In this document: positions 1 through 10,365 of the stretch, one piece after another
Layout of the letters: the number at the start of each line of letters is the position of its first letter
Numbering within the stretch: position 1 is the first letter of the stretch
Assembly (NCBI GenBank): GCA_003707115.1
Contig: PPNB01000006.1
Location: 186,001-250,000, forward strand
Direction: 5' to 3'
DNA from: Tortispora ganteri
Taxonomy: Eukaryota
Length of the DNA stretch: 64,000 nucleotides
Notes under the pieces: generated by a model
What the model saw: the letters and a program-made list of their open reading frames with translations, nothing else
Told to the model about the DNA's origin: nothing
Database searches by the model: none
Position numbers and translations under genes: made by a program

Positions 1-396
1 TACTAGGTTGAATTGCTCGTAGTCAAGATTGAAGACCGCCTTTTCCAGGTACCGAACACCTCCATGGACCAATTTTGTTGATTTAGAAGAAGTACCTGAA
101 GCAAAATCGTTTCTATCTATGAGCAGGACATTTTTAAACTGTCCTCTTGTTATTGCATCTACTGCTATTCCAGATCCGGTTGCACCTGCGCCGATAATAA
201 CCAAATCGTACTGATCGTCTAGTCTAGCCAGCTGCTGTTCTCTTGTCGGCACGTTTCTCGATCTCGGGGGCACCAAGGAACGCGCTTTTGTGAGGTACGC
301 ACTTTCTAGAGAATTTGAATAAACAGAGTACGCAAAGGACGCGCCTACCACTGCACCAGAAGCCATCAGGCACTTCTTGAGGAGTCTGGAAGGCAT
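1..396 (-). CDS. GUT2: Mitochondrial FAD-dependent glycerol-3-phosphate dehydrogenase, 5' part (runs off the window start; absent from the ORF track)
   Basis: Manual minus-strand translation from ATG 396: MPSRLLKK...[23 protein letters not shown]...[24 protein letters not shown]. It has the FAD GxGxxG motif, the GlpD/Gut2 signature and a basic presequence-like N-terminus. Confidence 0.96.
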   Translation of the reverse strand, partial: MPSRLLKKCLMASGAVVGASFAYSVYSNSLESAYLTKARSLVPPRSRNVPTREQQLARLDDQYDLVIIGAGATGSGIAVDAITRGQFKNVLLIDRNDFASGTSSKSTKLVHGGVRYLEKAVFNLDYEQFNLV

Positions 397-841
397 TGTA
401 GAAACAGAAAAGGTAGGGACGAGATTCACAGAAATGCGATTAGAAAAGAGCGAAGATTTTATGAAAATCAGCTAAGTCAATGACTTAATTAGTTAAAAAT
501 CAAGAAGAAAAAAAAGGTAGAAAAACAGAAATTGTTTATCAATTATATAAGCAACAAAAATGAACAGGAAAAAACTATGAACTAAATGAGAATTGGTTTC
601 GCCCTAAACCATCTCAAAACTCTATTTTAAGCAACGGGGAAGAAAATAATGATGACACTTTTAGTGAAATGGTGGGGGGTAGGGAAAAGGTGTCTAGTTT
701 GATTTCATGTGGCAGGCGATTTTAATGGTCAAACTCTAAATTACCACAGAATTCAAGATTAACGACCATTGTTTAGTACTTACAACTACAAAATCATTTA
801 TTGATGATCTACTATATATATTTATCATTTAAATGTCAATA

Positions 842-2383
842 TTAAGTAGTCCAACCAGTAGCTAGCCTTACTGCTTTTTCCCATAGCTGTATTTTACTCG
901 AACGTTCAGCTTTCGTAGACGTCGATTCAAATCTCGTAATGTTGTATGCAGACATATGATCCAATTCTTCTATAGATTTCCATATTCCAGCACCTATACC
1001 TGCAGCCAATGCTGCTCCAAAAGCTGAAGACTCTTTCATCAATGGTCGTAAAAGAGGGAATCCAAGAATGTCTGCCTGAATCTGGCAAAACTCATCAGAT
1101 GCACTCATACCGCCATCAACCCGCAGCTCCTTCACAGAACCTGCACCAGGTTCGCCAGTACTAGCTGCATCAGCAGACATAGAAATCATGATAGCATCGG
1201 CCTGAAAACAAATAGCTTCAATCAGAGCCCGTATAATATGAGCCTTAGTAGTAAAGCTAGTAATTCCAAATACTGTGCCACGTACGCTGTCTATCCAGTA
1301 TGGAGCAAATAGTCCAGAAAAGCCCGTAACAAACACTACTCCACCTGTATCAGGTACACTGGCTGCCAAAGGTCCCACTTCTTTAGCATCCTGTATGAGA
1401 CCCATACGGTCTTTGGCCCATTGTAACGCTGATCCAGCAACTGCTATGCTTCCTTCCAACGCGTACACGGGTTTCATGCCTTTAAAATGGTATCCCACAG
1501 TCGTTAGGAGCCCGTTTGACGACATCACAGGCTCGTTACCTGTATTATACAGTATAAACGCACCCGTTCCGTAAGTTGCTTTACATTGACCGACATTAAA
1601 TGCCTTTTGCCCTACTAATGCCGCCGATTGGTCTCCGAGGCATCCACTGACAGGACAATTCTGCAATTTACCAAACCCCAATGTACAATACTTTTCAGCT
1701 GAACTGACAATTTTAGGCAGTTTAACACCTTCCAATCCAAAGAATTTAATTAAAGCAGGGTCATATTCAAGCTTTTTGATGTCTATAAGCAAATATCGTG
1801 AAGCGTTCGATGCGTCTGTCACATGAATCCCACCGTCTTTGGCGCCGCTGAAATTGTATAGCAGCCATGAGTCGACAGTGCCTGCCATAAGTGTACCAGC
1901 TTCTTTGGCAGTTCTCACATCAGGCACATTATCTAATAGCCACCTCAATTTCACTGCAAAAAAGTACGATGAAATATTCAGACCGGTTGTCTTGCGGACA
2001 TATTCTGCTTCAGGGAGAGCATTGTATTTAGCAGCTAGTTCCGATGTGCGAACATCCGACCATACTATAGCAGAATGTAATGGTTTTCCTGTTACTGAAT
2101 CCCATACAACAGTAGTTTCACGCTGATTCGTTAAACCAATAGCTTTAATCAGTTTATAGTCTAGGCCACTGTTTTCCATGTCCTTTAGCACCTCGTTAAT
2201 ACATTCTTTGACATCCTCAAATAACCCACAAGGATCATGTTCTACGTATCCTGATTGTGGATACAACGCTTCAATCTCTTTTTGATAAGAAGAGACAATT
2301 TTACCTTCTGTATCGAAAACAATAAAACGCGTTGATGTAGTGCCCTGATCAATTGCACCAATGTATTTCAACGTGTTAACCAT
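842..2383 (-). CDS. GUT1: Glycerol kinase (FGGY family)
   Basis: IDQGTTSTRF, TNQRETTVVWD, TDASNASR, GDQSAALVG, KATYGTGAF, ALEGSIAVAG, FSGLFAPYW and RVDGG motifs. Confidence 0.97.
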   Translation of the reverse strand: MVNTLKYIGAIDQGTTSTRFIVFDTEGKIVSSYQKEIEALYPQSGYVEHDPCGLFEDVKECINEVLKDMENSGLDYKLIKAIGLTNQRETTVVWDSVTGKPLHSAIVWSDVRTSELAAKYNALPEAEYVRKTTGLNISSYFFAVKLRWLLDNVPDVRTAKEAGTLMAGTVDSWLLYNFSGAKDGGIHVTDASNASRYLLIDIKKLEYDPALIKFFGLEGVKLPKIVSSAEKYCTLGFGKLQNCPVSGCLGDQSAALVGQKAFNVGQCKATYGTGAFILYNTGNEPVMSSNGLLTTVGYHFKGMKPVYALEGSIAVAGSALQWAKDRMGLIQDAKEVGPLAASVPDTGGVVFVTGFSGLFAPYWIDSVRGTVFGITSFTTKAHIIRALIEAICFQADAIMISMSADAASTGEPGAGSVKELRVDGGMSASDEFCQIQADILGFPLLRPLMKESSAFGAALAAGIGAGIWKSIEELDHMSAYNITRFESTSTKAERSSKIQLWEKAVRLATGWTT

Positions 2384-2536
2384 ACTAAATTATAAATGCC
2401 AAAACCTTTTCTGTCAATTTCATATGCAATTTCTTTCAATTTTATATTAGTGTAGAGATTTCTTCTTATAATAAATTACTCTATAGCACGAAATAGATGG
2501 TACCAATAACTAGAGTAATAACTTGAGTTTTCCTTA

Positions 2537-2589
2537 CCCCGCCAAACAACGGAAGAAATCTGGGGTAGCATTTCCCAATACCCCCCCAC
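2537..2589. promoter_or_regulatory. Cluster of Mig1/CreA-type GC boxes (SYGGRG) upstream of GUT1
   Basis: CCCCGC 2537-2542, CTGGGG 2560-2565 (after AT-rich GAAAT), CCCCAC 2584-2589. GTGGGG also occurs at 672-677, upstream of GUT2. Confidence 0.5.
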
Positions 2590-2922
2590 CTCCCACCATT
2601 TCATCTTTCTTGATGCAGAAGAACTTTAAAAAGAACGGCATGAAAGGTCGGTACAGCACTAATGACACCACTAATATATGCATAAAACCATATAGTTATA
2701 TCCCTATAGATCTCAGGTAGGTATCATAGTCATTTCGCAAGTTTAGAGCAGAAATAGCGGTCCCAAGGTTCGGTTGTCGGCACGATAATAGCGCCTGAAA
2801 TGGCCGAACTTCTTTTCGGCCCGAGAGATACGCAGAAGTGGGACTAATCTCGTGTGTCTATATATATATAAACCCCCCGCCATATGCGTTTTTGCGATAC
2901 TATTCCTTAAACGTCCATCACA

Positions 2923-3900
2923 ATGGATTTAGACCTTAAATTTCACGAATTGCCAATAAAGGAAGGCTTGCCGGAAGGATGTGCTTGGGGCGTGTTCGAT
3001 AGAGACGGCGAAAAGGATTCGAAAGGCACTCTCAATTTTATTACCCCAGAAATAGTAAAAGCCGCTTGCTCCACCGTCAAGCTCGGCTTGTCTGTATCGC
3101 TCGATTGGAAACTCGATGCAATGAACAAACCTGCGTTTAACAGAATCGGGTTCCATCAGGAAATTATTGACAAATGTACCCCCGGCGTGCACGCTTGTTT
3201 CGACGATATACTGTGTATCAATACTCAGAGCTCATCTCAATGGGACGGCCTGTGCCATTGGGGCCACGGAAAAGCTGGCCTTTTCTACAACGGCGTCACC
3301 AGCGAACAAATTAAGTCCAAAACCATGCCATTGAACATATCTATGTCTAACTGGGGTGACAATGGTGGCCTTGTAACCAGAGGTGTGCTTATCGACTATG
3401 TCGCCTATGCACAGAGACATGGCATCAAGTACAGCCCCGTAGATCGTCATGAAATCACCATTGATGAAATTAAGGAATGCGCATACGAACAAGGCGTCCT
3501 GTTCCAGCCAGGAGATGTCCTCATCGTCAGAACTGGGTTTGTCGATTGGTATCAACACGCTACTCCTGAAGATCGTACCCGCTTGGTCATCAATAGGGGA
3601 AGGTACGCAGGAATCATTGCCGGCAAAGACACTGCCGCTTGGATCTGGAATAACAAATTCGTAGCCGTCGCAAGCGATGCTCCAACAGTCGAAGCCTGGC
3701 CTCCTAAACACAGGGATCACAATGCGCTTCATTTTTTCTGTATTTCGATGTTCGGAATGTCTCTAGGCGAGTTATGGGATCTCAGAGATCTTGCAGATAC
3801 CTGTGCCAAACTGCGGAGGTACACATTTCTTCTTACAAGTGCCCCGCTCCGTGCAGAGATTTTGATAGCTTCACCTCCAAATGCACTCGCAATATTCTAG
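2923..3900 (+). CDS. Putative cyclase / kynurenine formamidase-like metal hydrolase (fungal type)
   Basis: AWGVF..D..GTLN, NTQSSSQWDGLCH, RGVLID, PGDVLIVRTG, AVASD, GELWDL, SPPNALAIF. TATA-like run at about 2859-2872. Confidence 0.85.
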   Translation: MDLDLKFHELPIKEGLPEGCAWGVFDRDGEKDSKGTLNFITPEIVKAACSTVKLGLSVSLDWKLDAMNKPAFNRIGFHQEIIDKCTPGVHACFDDILCINTQSSSQWDGLCHWGHGKAGLFYNGVTSEQIKSKTMPLNISMSNWGDNGGLVTRGVLIDYVAYAQRHGIKYSPVDRHEITIDEIKECAYEQGVLFQPGDVLIVRTGFVDWYQHATPEDRTRLVINRGRYAGIIAGKDTAAWIWNNKFVAVASDAPTVEAWPPKHRDHNALHFFCISMFGMSLGELWDLRDLADTCAKLRRYTFLLTSAPLRAEILIASPPNALAIF

Positions 3901-3957
3901 GCGCCTAAGTCTAGCCGTCTCTCAAGTATACTCATAGTATTCGTCATTATACTATCG

Positions 3958-6900
3958 TTATTCTTCTTCATCGTCACTGATAATCGCCCGTCGCCGAGAA
4001 TTGTGTATAGTTGGCTTTTCTATCTCCATGCCCACACTACGAATTGGCATACTCTCTCGCAGTGGTGAGCTCACAGCTTCAGTCTCAGATGGTCTGTCAG
4101 GTGATAGATCAGGCAAGTTAGACAAGTGTAGTTTCTCATCATTAGGCGACTCAATAGAGTTATTTGAGTGTAAAGTTTCCAATTTTGTACCGTCCTCCAT
4201 ATCGTTTGCTTTTTGGTTCTCAGTTTCAGATCCAGAGTCCGAACTGTCATAGTTATTTATTTGACGAATTCTTTTAGCGGCCAATATAGAATCACGGTCA
4301 TCTAAATCTGCGTCGGAATCCGCATCACTTTCAGATGAAGACTGTACAAACAAATTTGCATTCCTATGCATCAAAGGATTCCCGTCATCATTATCCTTTA
4401 ATTTTTTACTTCTTTTCCGTTTGCTCTTCATTACCAGCTTCTTATCCTTTTCTTCAAGTTGATCAATGTCCACTGTCATCTTAAATCGATCGTCCTGAAG
4501 AGCAGCTTCGAAATTGTCTTCTTCTTCCGAGTCGCGTGCCAAGAAGTTGTCATTATCGCTTTTTACGCCAACATCATTATCTTCTGGGTCAGAAACATAA
4601 GTACGAGTCGTATCACGTCTCAATAACTTCCTTGGGTCAGCATCCCCTAAGAAATCAATGCCCTTATCAGCAGTTTCCTTTATTAACTTTATAGAAGCCT
4701 CTAAGTCTTTCGGATCCATTCCTTCCGGTGTTTCAAATAATCCAGAGAATTCCGAACACTCAGGGCGCTGAACAAATCCCAGGCTTCTGAAAAGGAGTCG
4801 AAGGCGAGCGTTCTGGAAGTACTTTAATGACTTAACTCGATCATCCACTTCGACGGGAACGTCAGGTACTTTCAAAATGATCTCTGACCGTGACAAATCT
4901 GGATTCTGAATGGTAAGAGAATCCACCCAGGAATATAGCCTTGAAACCACCTTATCAAGTATATCACATATTTCGTCGCAAAATTTCATCAGCCTTGGTC
5001 TCGTCTTCTCGTTGGTCGAATGAAAAATACATGAAGCTATTATTGCAAGTTGCTCATGCTCATTAAACCCGTCAACAACATGCATTTCCATAAAGCGTGG
5101 CTCTTCAGTTTGCATGAACTCCATACCTTTATCCAGGAAATAAGTACTATTTGGCAATTTGTTGAAAAGTAGTTCACCAAATAGTACTGGACGTTCGCGT
5201 AGCTTATCTGCCAATTTTCGCATTAAGTACAGAGAAAAATTAGAAACAACAGTTCTTGAGCGACTGTCAGTCATGCGAGTTAAAGAGTTAGGACTGATAA
5301 TGTTGCGTAATAGAAGAATCAAATCCAGACGATAGAGCAGAGATTCACGCTGATTTTTCACAAATAATCGGTGGAAAAAAGCTATGCAACGTTTCACTTG
5401 ATCATATGACAGATCCTCGTAGTTCTGCAGTAATGAAATATAGGCGTCAACAGTCTTGGAGTTAAAGAATCGACGTTCAAAATTATGTAATAGATTTTCT
5501 CTTCTTTCGCTAGTGTTTCCAAAATGCTGCTCGAATACCTCTTCTTCAATTTCTTCGTCCTCAGAATCTTCGCCTTTGACTTTAGAAGTAGAATTTTCTT
5601 CATTGTCACCGTCATCATTTTGAGCATGAATATTGGTCTTTTTGGGCAGCGGAAGCTCATCCGAGTCCACGGTTATTGCGCAGTATTTTTCCATCACCCT
5701 GAGAGTAGATGATATAAGGTCTGTAACTGTGTCAATAAAATACATATTTTGGCTTCTGCAGAAAACCGGGAGTTGTGCGAAAAGATCAGATATAAGAGGA
5801 GAAAAAACCAAATCACGGAAGACATAGTCAATTTCATTAACTTTCTTCTCAGATTCGCTCTTCTGAGAAGTAGTAACTGCATACAATGCATTGATTATAG
5901 ATTTAAAACAATATGAGACTGATTGCAGAACATCGTAAGCCTTCTTATCTTCAGCCATGTTCATAGTGCTTTTGACAAAAAGAATTGCGTAAGGGTTGAT
6001 ACCTAGGCTTATAATAGAATGATCGATAGGATTTCCATTTTTTTGGGAGCGAGTCTGTTCGACTTCCAGAAAGTAGCCTAAAACATATGCATATACCAAA
6101 CTGAGACTGAAGTCCTCACGTATCTCAACAGGGCTCCGTTCCAGAGTTTTCCTTATGCTGTCGATTAAAGGATTGTATACCGATTCCACAACAAGTTCAG
6201 CACGATATTTTAAGATGTTATACCCAAGTTGAGATATTTTAACAGGGGGCGCAAGTGAAAATGGGCTCGGAGAGGAAGATAATGTTGCGCGTTTAGCCCT
6301 GTTGTTCTTGTATATCGTCTTTTTGGCATCAAGTGTTTCGATAGAGCTGGCGCCAGCAGTGAGGGACGCCTGACCAGCAACTGAAAACTCATTACTGTTC
6401 TTTACAGACAATGCCATCATTGTTCCAAATCTGCTATGACGAGAAGTTGCTTTTCGTTGAGCGTTAAGGCGCTGTTCGCGTTCCTCTTTCATTATGCTAC
6501 CAAGCGTTGAGTTCTTTTGTTCGGTCATATGCTCAGAATATATTTCAGCACAGCTGATTCCATTAAATAAAGAGAATAGAAAGTTTAGGATATTTATATC
6601 TTGACTGCGAAAGTCCACTGTGAGATTTGAACCAATTGTCAAGATGAAATCGAATACATTTTGCTCCTCAAAAGCTTTAATAGTATAATCGCGTGAGGTT
6701 TCGACCCATTCACTGTCATTATTGTCTTCTACCAAGAGAATATTAACAAACAATCCTATGACGGTGTTGATATGGTTCTCTTCTCTAGGTGCGCGTTCGT
6801 GCTTGTCTTTTGAGAAAGCCGGGATCACGGTTCGTAGGATTGCCTTAAGCACAGACTTGGACCCATGAGATAGGATAGACTTTTTATAAGACAATTGCGC

Positions 6901-7473
6901 AACGTGAAGGGTATTTAGGTGCTCGTTAAAGTTTTCTAGATTAGTATTTCTAGTAGGAACTAGAGGTCGCATCAGAAATGAGATGATTCTAATAGTCTGA
7001 AGCGCGATTTTTTCAACTAGAGGATCGTTATATTCTGATTCAGAGGCGTTTGACTCATACAAAGACAAAATCTCCATAAAGTCACGGTTGACAACGGCAG
7101 TAGATGCTAATGCTACTGCGACATCAAAGCGACCCAATTTCTCATCAAACGCAACTAGCCATCGCGACATATCCTGCAAGCAGCCAATAGCGTCATCGCC
7201 CATGCTGTATGTATTCAGGGATTGAGGATCATAACCGCCTAAAGCCGAAGCCAATGAAGTGATGCTGGCATTTATAGTGTTGCGAACTTCGTGGTCTTCT
7301 GCGTCATTGAGGATCATGCCGTGTTCAGAACCAGTGTCTGACTCCGATCCAGAACGAGTGCCATCAGACCGCTCAGACTCACTATGTATAGATTCTGAAT
7401 ACTCATCTGCATTATAATTCATAGGCGCAAATGGGTTCAACGTCGAAGCGCCATAGTTAATTGTTGTATCCAT
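3958..7473 (-). CDS. TOF1: Replication fork protection complex subunit Tof1/Swi1 (Timeless family)
   Basis: ITSLASALGG..Y.MGDDAIGCLQDM.RW, SRHSRFGTM, IAFFHRLFVK...LYRLD and an acidic low-complexity C-terminus. Confidence 0.93.
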   Translation of the reverse strand: MDTTINYGASTLNPFAPMNYNADEYSESIHSESERSDGTRSGSESDTGSEHGMILNDAEDHEVRNTINASITSLASALGGYDPQSLNTYSMGDDAIGCLQDMSRWLVAFDEKLGRFDVAVALASTAVVNRDFMEILSLYESNASESEYNDPLVEKIALQTIRIISFLMRPLVPTRNTNLENFNEHLNTLHVAQLSYKKSILSHGSKSVLKAILRTVIPAFSKDKHERAPREENHINTVIGLFVNILLVEDNNDSEWVETSRDYTIKAFEEQNVFDFILTIGSNLTVDFRSQDINILNFLFSLFNGISCAEIYSEHMTEQKNSTLGSIMKEEREQRLNAQRKATSRHSRFGTMMALSVKNSNEFSVAGQASLTAGASSIETLDAKKTIYKNNRAKRATLSSSPSPFSLAPPVKISQLGYNILKYRAELVVESVYNPLIDSIRKTLERSPVEIREDFSLSLVYAYVLGYFLEVEQTRSQKNGNPIDHSIISLGINPYAILFVKSTMNMAEDKKAYDVLQSVSYCFKSIINALYAVTTSQKSESEKKVNEIDYVFRDLVFSPLISDLFAQLPVFCRSQNMYFIDTVTDLISSTLRVMEKYCAITVDSDELPLPKKTNIHAQNDDGDNEENSTSKVKGEDSEDEEIEEEVFEQHFGNTSERRENLLHNFERRFFNSKTVDAYISLLQNYEDLSYDQVKRCIAFFHRLFVKNQRESLLYRLDLILLLRNIISPNSLTRMTDSRSRTVVSNFSLYLMRKLADKLRERPVLFGELLFNKLPNSTYFLDKGMEFMQTEEPRFMEMHVVDGFNEHEQLAIIASCIFHSTNEKTRPRLMKFCDEICDILDKVVSRLYSWVDSLTIQNPDLSRSEIILKVPDVPVEVDDRVKSLKYFQNARLRLLFRSLGFVQRPECSEFSGLFETPEGMDPKDLEASIKLIKETADKGIDFLGDADPRKLLRRDTTRTYVSDPEDNDVGVKSDNDNFLARDSEEEDNFEAALQDDRFKMTVDIDQLEEKDKKLVMKSKRKRSKKLKDNDDGNPLMHRNANLFVQSSSESDADSDADLDDRDSILAAKRIRQINNYDSSDSGSETENQKANDMEDGTKLETLHSNNSIESPNDEKLHLSNLPDLSPDRPSETEAVSSPLRESMPIRSVGMEIEKPTIHNSRRRAIISDDEEE

Positions 7474-7519
7474 TTATTGAGTAAGTTGCGATTGCGTGTG
7501 TGTACGTTAAACCGTGTTC

Positions 7520-7525
7520 ACGCGT
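7520..7525. promoter_or_regulatory. MCB element (ACGCGT) in the TOF1/eIF3L divergent promoter
   Basis: Exact ACGCGT about 47 bp upstream of the TOF1 ATG. TOF1 is a G1/S (MBF-type) gene in model yeast. Confidence 0.55.
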
Positions 7526-7653
7526 TGTTGCGTTAATTTGACTTGTAGTTACCTGTGCAGTGTTGCCATAGAAACATACAACCAAAAAAGTCGAAAATCA
7601 CATACTTTGAAAAGTTGATTCTCCGTCACTATACCTTTTCAGAATTAGCAATT

Positions 7654-9324
7654 ATGTCTACCGCTTATAAAGAAGAACCTGAGGACTTTGACGATTACTT
7701 GTCTGCGGATGGCGACTATGATCTAGACCATGAGGCGCTTGTTTACGAAGAACTGGACGTTGATGAGCCTGCTATCCAGGAGGTGAAAGATCTGCCTACA
7801 CCAATTCGCAATTTCATCGTAGTCTTCTACCAGAGCTTTGTTGACAATAACGCCGCTAGATTGAAAACATGCTATGAAGTGTCTTTTAACAAATTAAGCG
7901 AAAAATTTTATAAGAACTCTACTTGGCCGACTGCCAGCGATATCGCGCCGCTAGTCTCTAACGATGCCAATTTCCTGACTTTCTACACGGAGATGTATTA
8001 TCGCCATCTACATGCGAGACTCCAACCTACACTAGAACAAAGATCTGCTGCATTGAACAATTATGTAGAGCTCTTTAACATGCTGCTTGTGCAAGACATG
8101 TTCGCCCAACTTGATCTTCCTATCTCATGGTGCTGGGATATCATTGACGAGTTCATTTACCAGTACAACTCATTTGCTCTCTACAGGGAACGCGCCCTTA
8201 AAGATCAGTCTCTCTCTGAGCAAGAGCGCGATATTTTAAGCCAGCCTAGCCAAGGCTGGAATTGCTATGGTGTATTCAATGTTTTGTACTCCATGTTAGC
8301 CAAAAGCAACATAACCGAGAGTTCTCACTCTAAAGATGAAGGTGAAGCAGGTGCCTCTGAATATGATACTCCCCATTTACTCAAATACCTAGGGCACTTT
8401 TCAATCGTTGGACTTCTTCGTGTGCATTCGATTCTGGGTGATTTCACCTTGGCACTGGATTCCATGCGCGAGTTAGACTTGAGCAAGAAGGCTCCTCTGA
8501 CTATGGTCCCTGCTGCTCATATTTCTGCCTACTACTACGTTGGGTTTGCCTATATGATGCTGCGAAGGTATGTTGATGCTATCAAGATGTTTTCTCACGG
8601 CTTAATGTATGTCTCACGAACCAAACAGCCTCACTCTAAATCGGTACAGTATCAGACTGTTGCCAAGAAGAGCGACCAGATGTACGCTTTACTTGCTATC
8701 TGTGTTTCGCTCTGCCCCGTTCGTCTTGACGAGAGCCTTCACCTGAGTCTGCGCGACCGCTATGGAGAGCGACTTATTACCATGCAACAGCCTACTAAGT
8801 CAGCGCTTGCGATATTTTCGGACCTTTTCGTTTTTGCTGCTCCTAAATTCATTAACCCGAATGCACCAGAGTCTCCACTTTCAGATTCTCTTGCTCATCA
8901 TCTTATGTTATTTTTGGATGATGTTGAGAGTGTCTTATTCATGCCGACCATACGTTCCTACTTGAAACTGTACACTTCCATGCACTTGTCGAAGCTAGCC
9001 TCGTTTACGGAGATTGAAGAGTCAAGACTGAGAGAAATGCTTATGCTGTATAACCTGAAAAGCCGTCAGAAGAAATGGGTTTCTGGCGAACTGTTGAGTG
9101 GTGAAGAAGTCACGTCATCAGACGTTGAATTTTATTTGGATGGAGATGTTTTACATATTAACGAAACTAAAGCCGGACGTCGTTTCTCTGACTGGTTTTT
9201 ACGCAACATTTCAAGATTGTACAACGTGCAAGACACTATCAACTTTTCTTCGAAATCAGGACAGGAACGTCGATCGAACAGAAAACAATATAAGCCGCAA
9301 AGAACGGAGAAACAAGCTGCTTAG
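7654..9324 (+). CDS. Eukaryotic translation initiation factor 3 subunit L
   Basis: YTEMYYRHLHA, WCWDIIDEFIYQY, LGHFSIVGLLRVHSILGDF, YYYVGFAYMMLRRYVDAIKMF, IRSYLKLYT. First ATG is at 7654; the ORF track starts at a GTG. Confidence 0.94.
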   Translation: MSTAYKEEPEDFDDYLSADGDYDLDHEALVYEELDVDEPAIQEVKDLPTPIRNFIVVFYQSFVDNNAARLKTCYEVSFNKLSEKFYKNSTWPTASDIAPLVSNDANFLTFYTEMYYRHLHARLQPTLEQRSAALNNYVELFNMLLVQDMFAQLDLPISWCWDIIDEFIYQYNSFALYRERALKDQSLSEQERDILSQPSQGWNCYGVFNVLYSMLAKSNITESSHSKDEGEAGASEYDTPHLLKYLGHFSIVGLLRVHSILGDFTLALDSMRELDLSKKAPLTMVPAAHISAYYYVGFAYMMLRRYVDAIKMFSHGLMYVSRTKQPHSKSVQYQTVAKKSDQMYALLAICVSLCPVRLDESLHLSLRDRYGERLITMQQPTKSALAIFSDLFVFAAPKFINPNAPESPLSDSLAHHLMLFLDDVESVLFMPTIRSYLKLYTSMHLSKLASFTEIEESRLREMLMLYNLKSRQKKWVSGELLSGEEVTSSDVEFYLDGDVLHINETKAGRRFSDWFLRNISRLYNVQDTINFSSKSGQERRSNRKQYKPQRTEKQAA

Positions 9325-9412
9325 ACAAAGAGAAGAGTGATGGATACACTTTCTTTGTTTTTACTTTCAGCGAAGCTAAAAGAAGCGCAGACTTTCATAG
9401 CTAAGAACAATA

Positions 9413-10365
9413 TTATAAAATGCTAAAAGTTGTAATTTTCGGCAGCCTATCAGTGTTTTCCAGACTGTCTTTATTGTGTAGGGTGCGTTCACAGTAGCGT
9501 ACCTGGCCCTGATTGTCAGCTATAATGACAGTCTGTGTGCGAGTACCGTAGAACACACCATGAAGCGAGTCTATAGTGATATTAGGCAAAGACGGGACAA
9601 CTGTCTGCAATGGAGAGACAAATATGGTAGTTTTCAGTTGCATCATCTTCTGGTGTGGGGTGCTGAGATTTTGAGGCATAGTATCCTTGCTTATCAGGTC
9701 GAAAGCGCGGGAGACTATTTCATCTTCTGACCAATCATTTTCAATAGCATCGTCAATCATACGTGAGAGAGCTTGCTGAGCCATATTTACTTTTGGCCAT
9801 TCTGGTTCACCAGGTAGCGCATTCGACACGGCAAACACTGGCTGGTTGATTTTGACAACTAGAGGCACAGAAGGATCGGACCTTTGGTTTCTCAATTCAT
9901 AAAACTGTTTTGTTTTTATGTCACCACACACCAAAGTGAATCCACCATAGTCATTTTTAAGTGAATCATATGATGTTTCACGTAGAAGCTGGTCAATAAA
10001 TGGTTTTGGTTGTAGACCCGAGGTTAGGTATTTGGGTGGTAGATTGCCACGAGAACATCGAGCAGGAGGAGCTCTTTCGTCATGCGACGCATTTTCCCTA
10101 ATATTCAATATAACTGATATTTTACCGGTTTTAGAAACCCCAATCCATGTACCTTTAGCGTCTTTTGCTAAATCTTGTGGTGCAAAAATGTCCTGATTGT
10201 TATCCCACCAGTCGGCATTACGCGTATTTCTTACAAAGAATTCATCTCTATTCGATAAAAGAATTAAAGGGCTATTTAATGTTAGAAATCGCTTTTATAA
10301 GATAATATAAGTACTTTTTATACTTACTATTTTGGATGTTTAGTGCTTAGAATTAATATGCACAT
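9413..10365 (-). CDS. TANGO2/NRDE (DUF833) family protein. Two exons: 10365-10328 and 10271-9413.
   Basis: Spliced product MCILILSTKHPKY/PLILLSNRDEFF...GTWIG...SRG...YGGF..VSN..WPKV...YGTRTQT. The 56-nt intron 10272-10327 reads GTAAGT...CTAAC...TAG and keeps the frame. Confidence 0.92.

Noticed and set aside
842..2383. FGGY kinase as the missing xylulokinase (XYL3) of the XYL cluster
   Set aside because: DQGTTSTR, NQRETT and TDxxNASR are glycerol-kinase motifs, and the gene sits next to GUT2.
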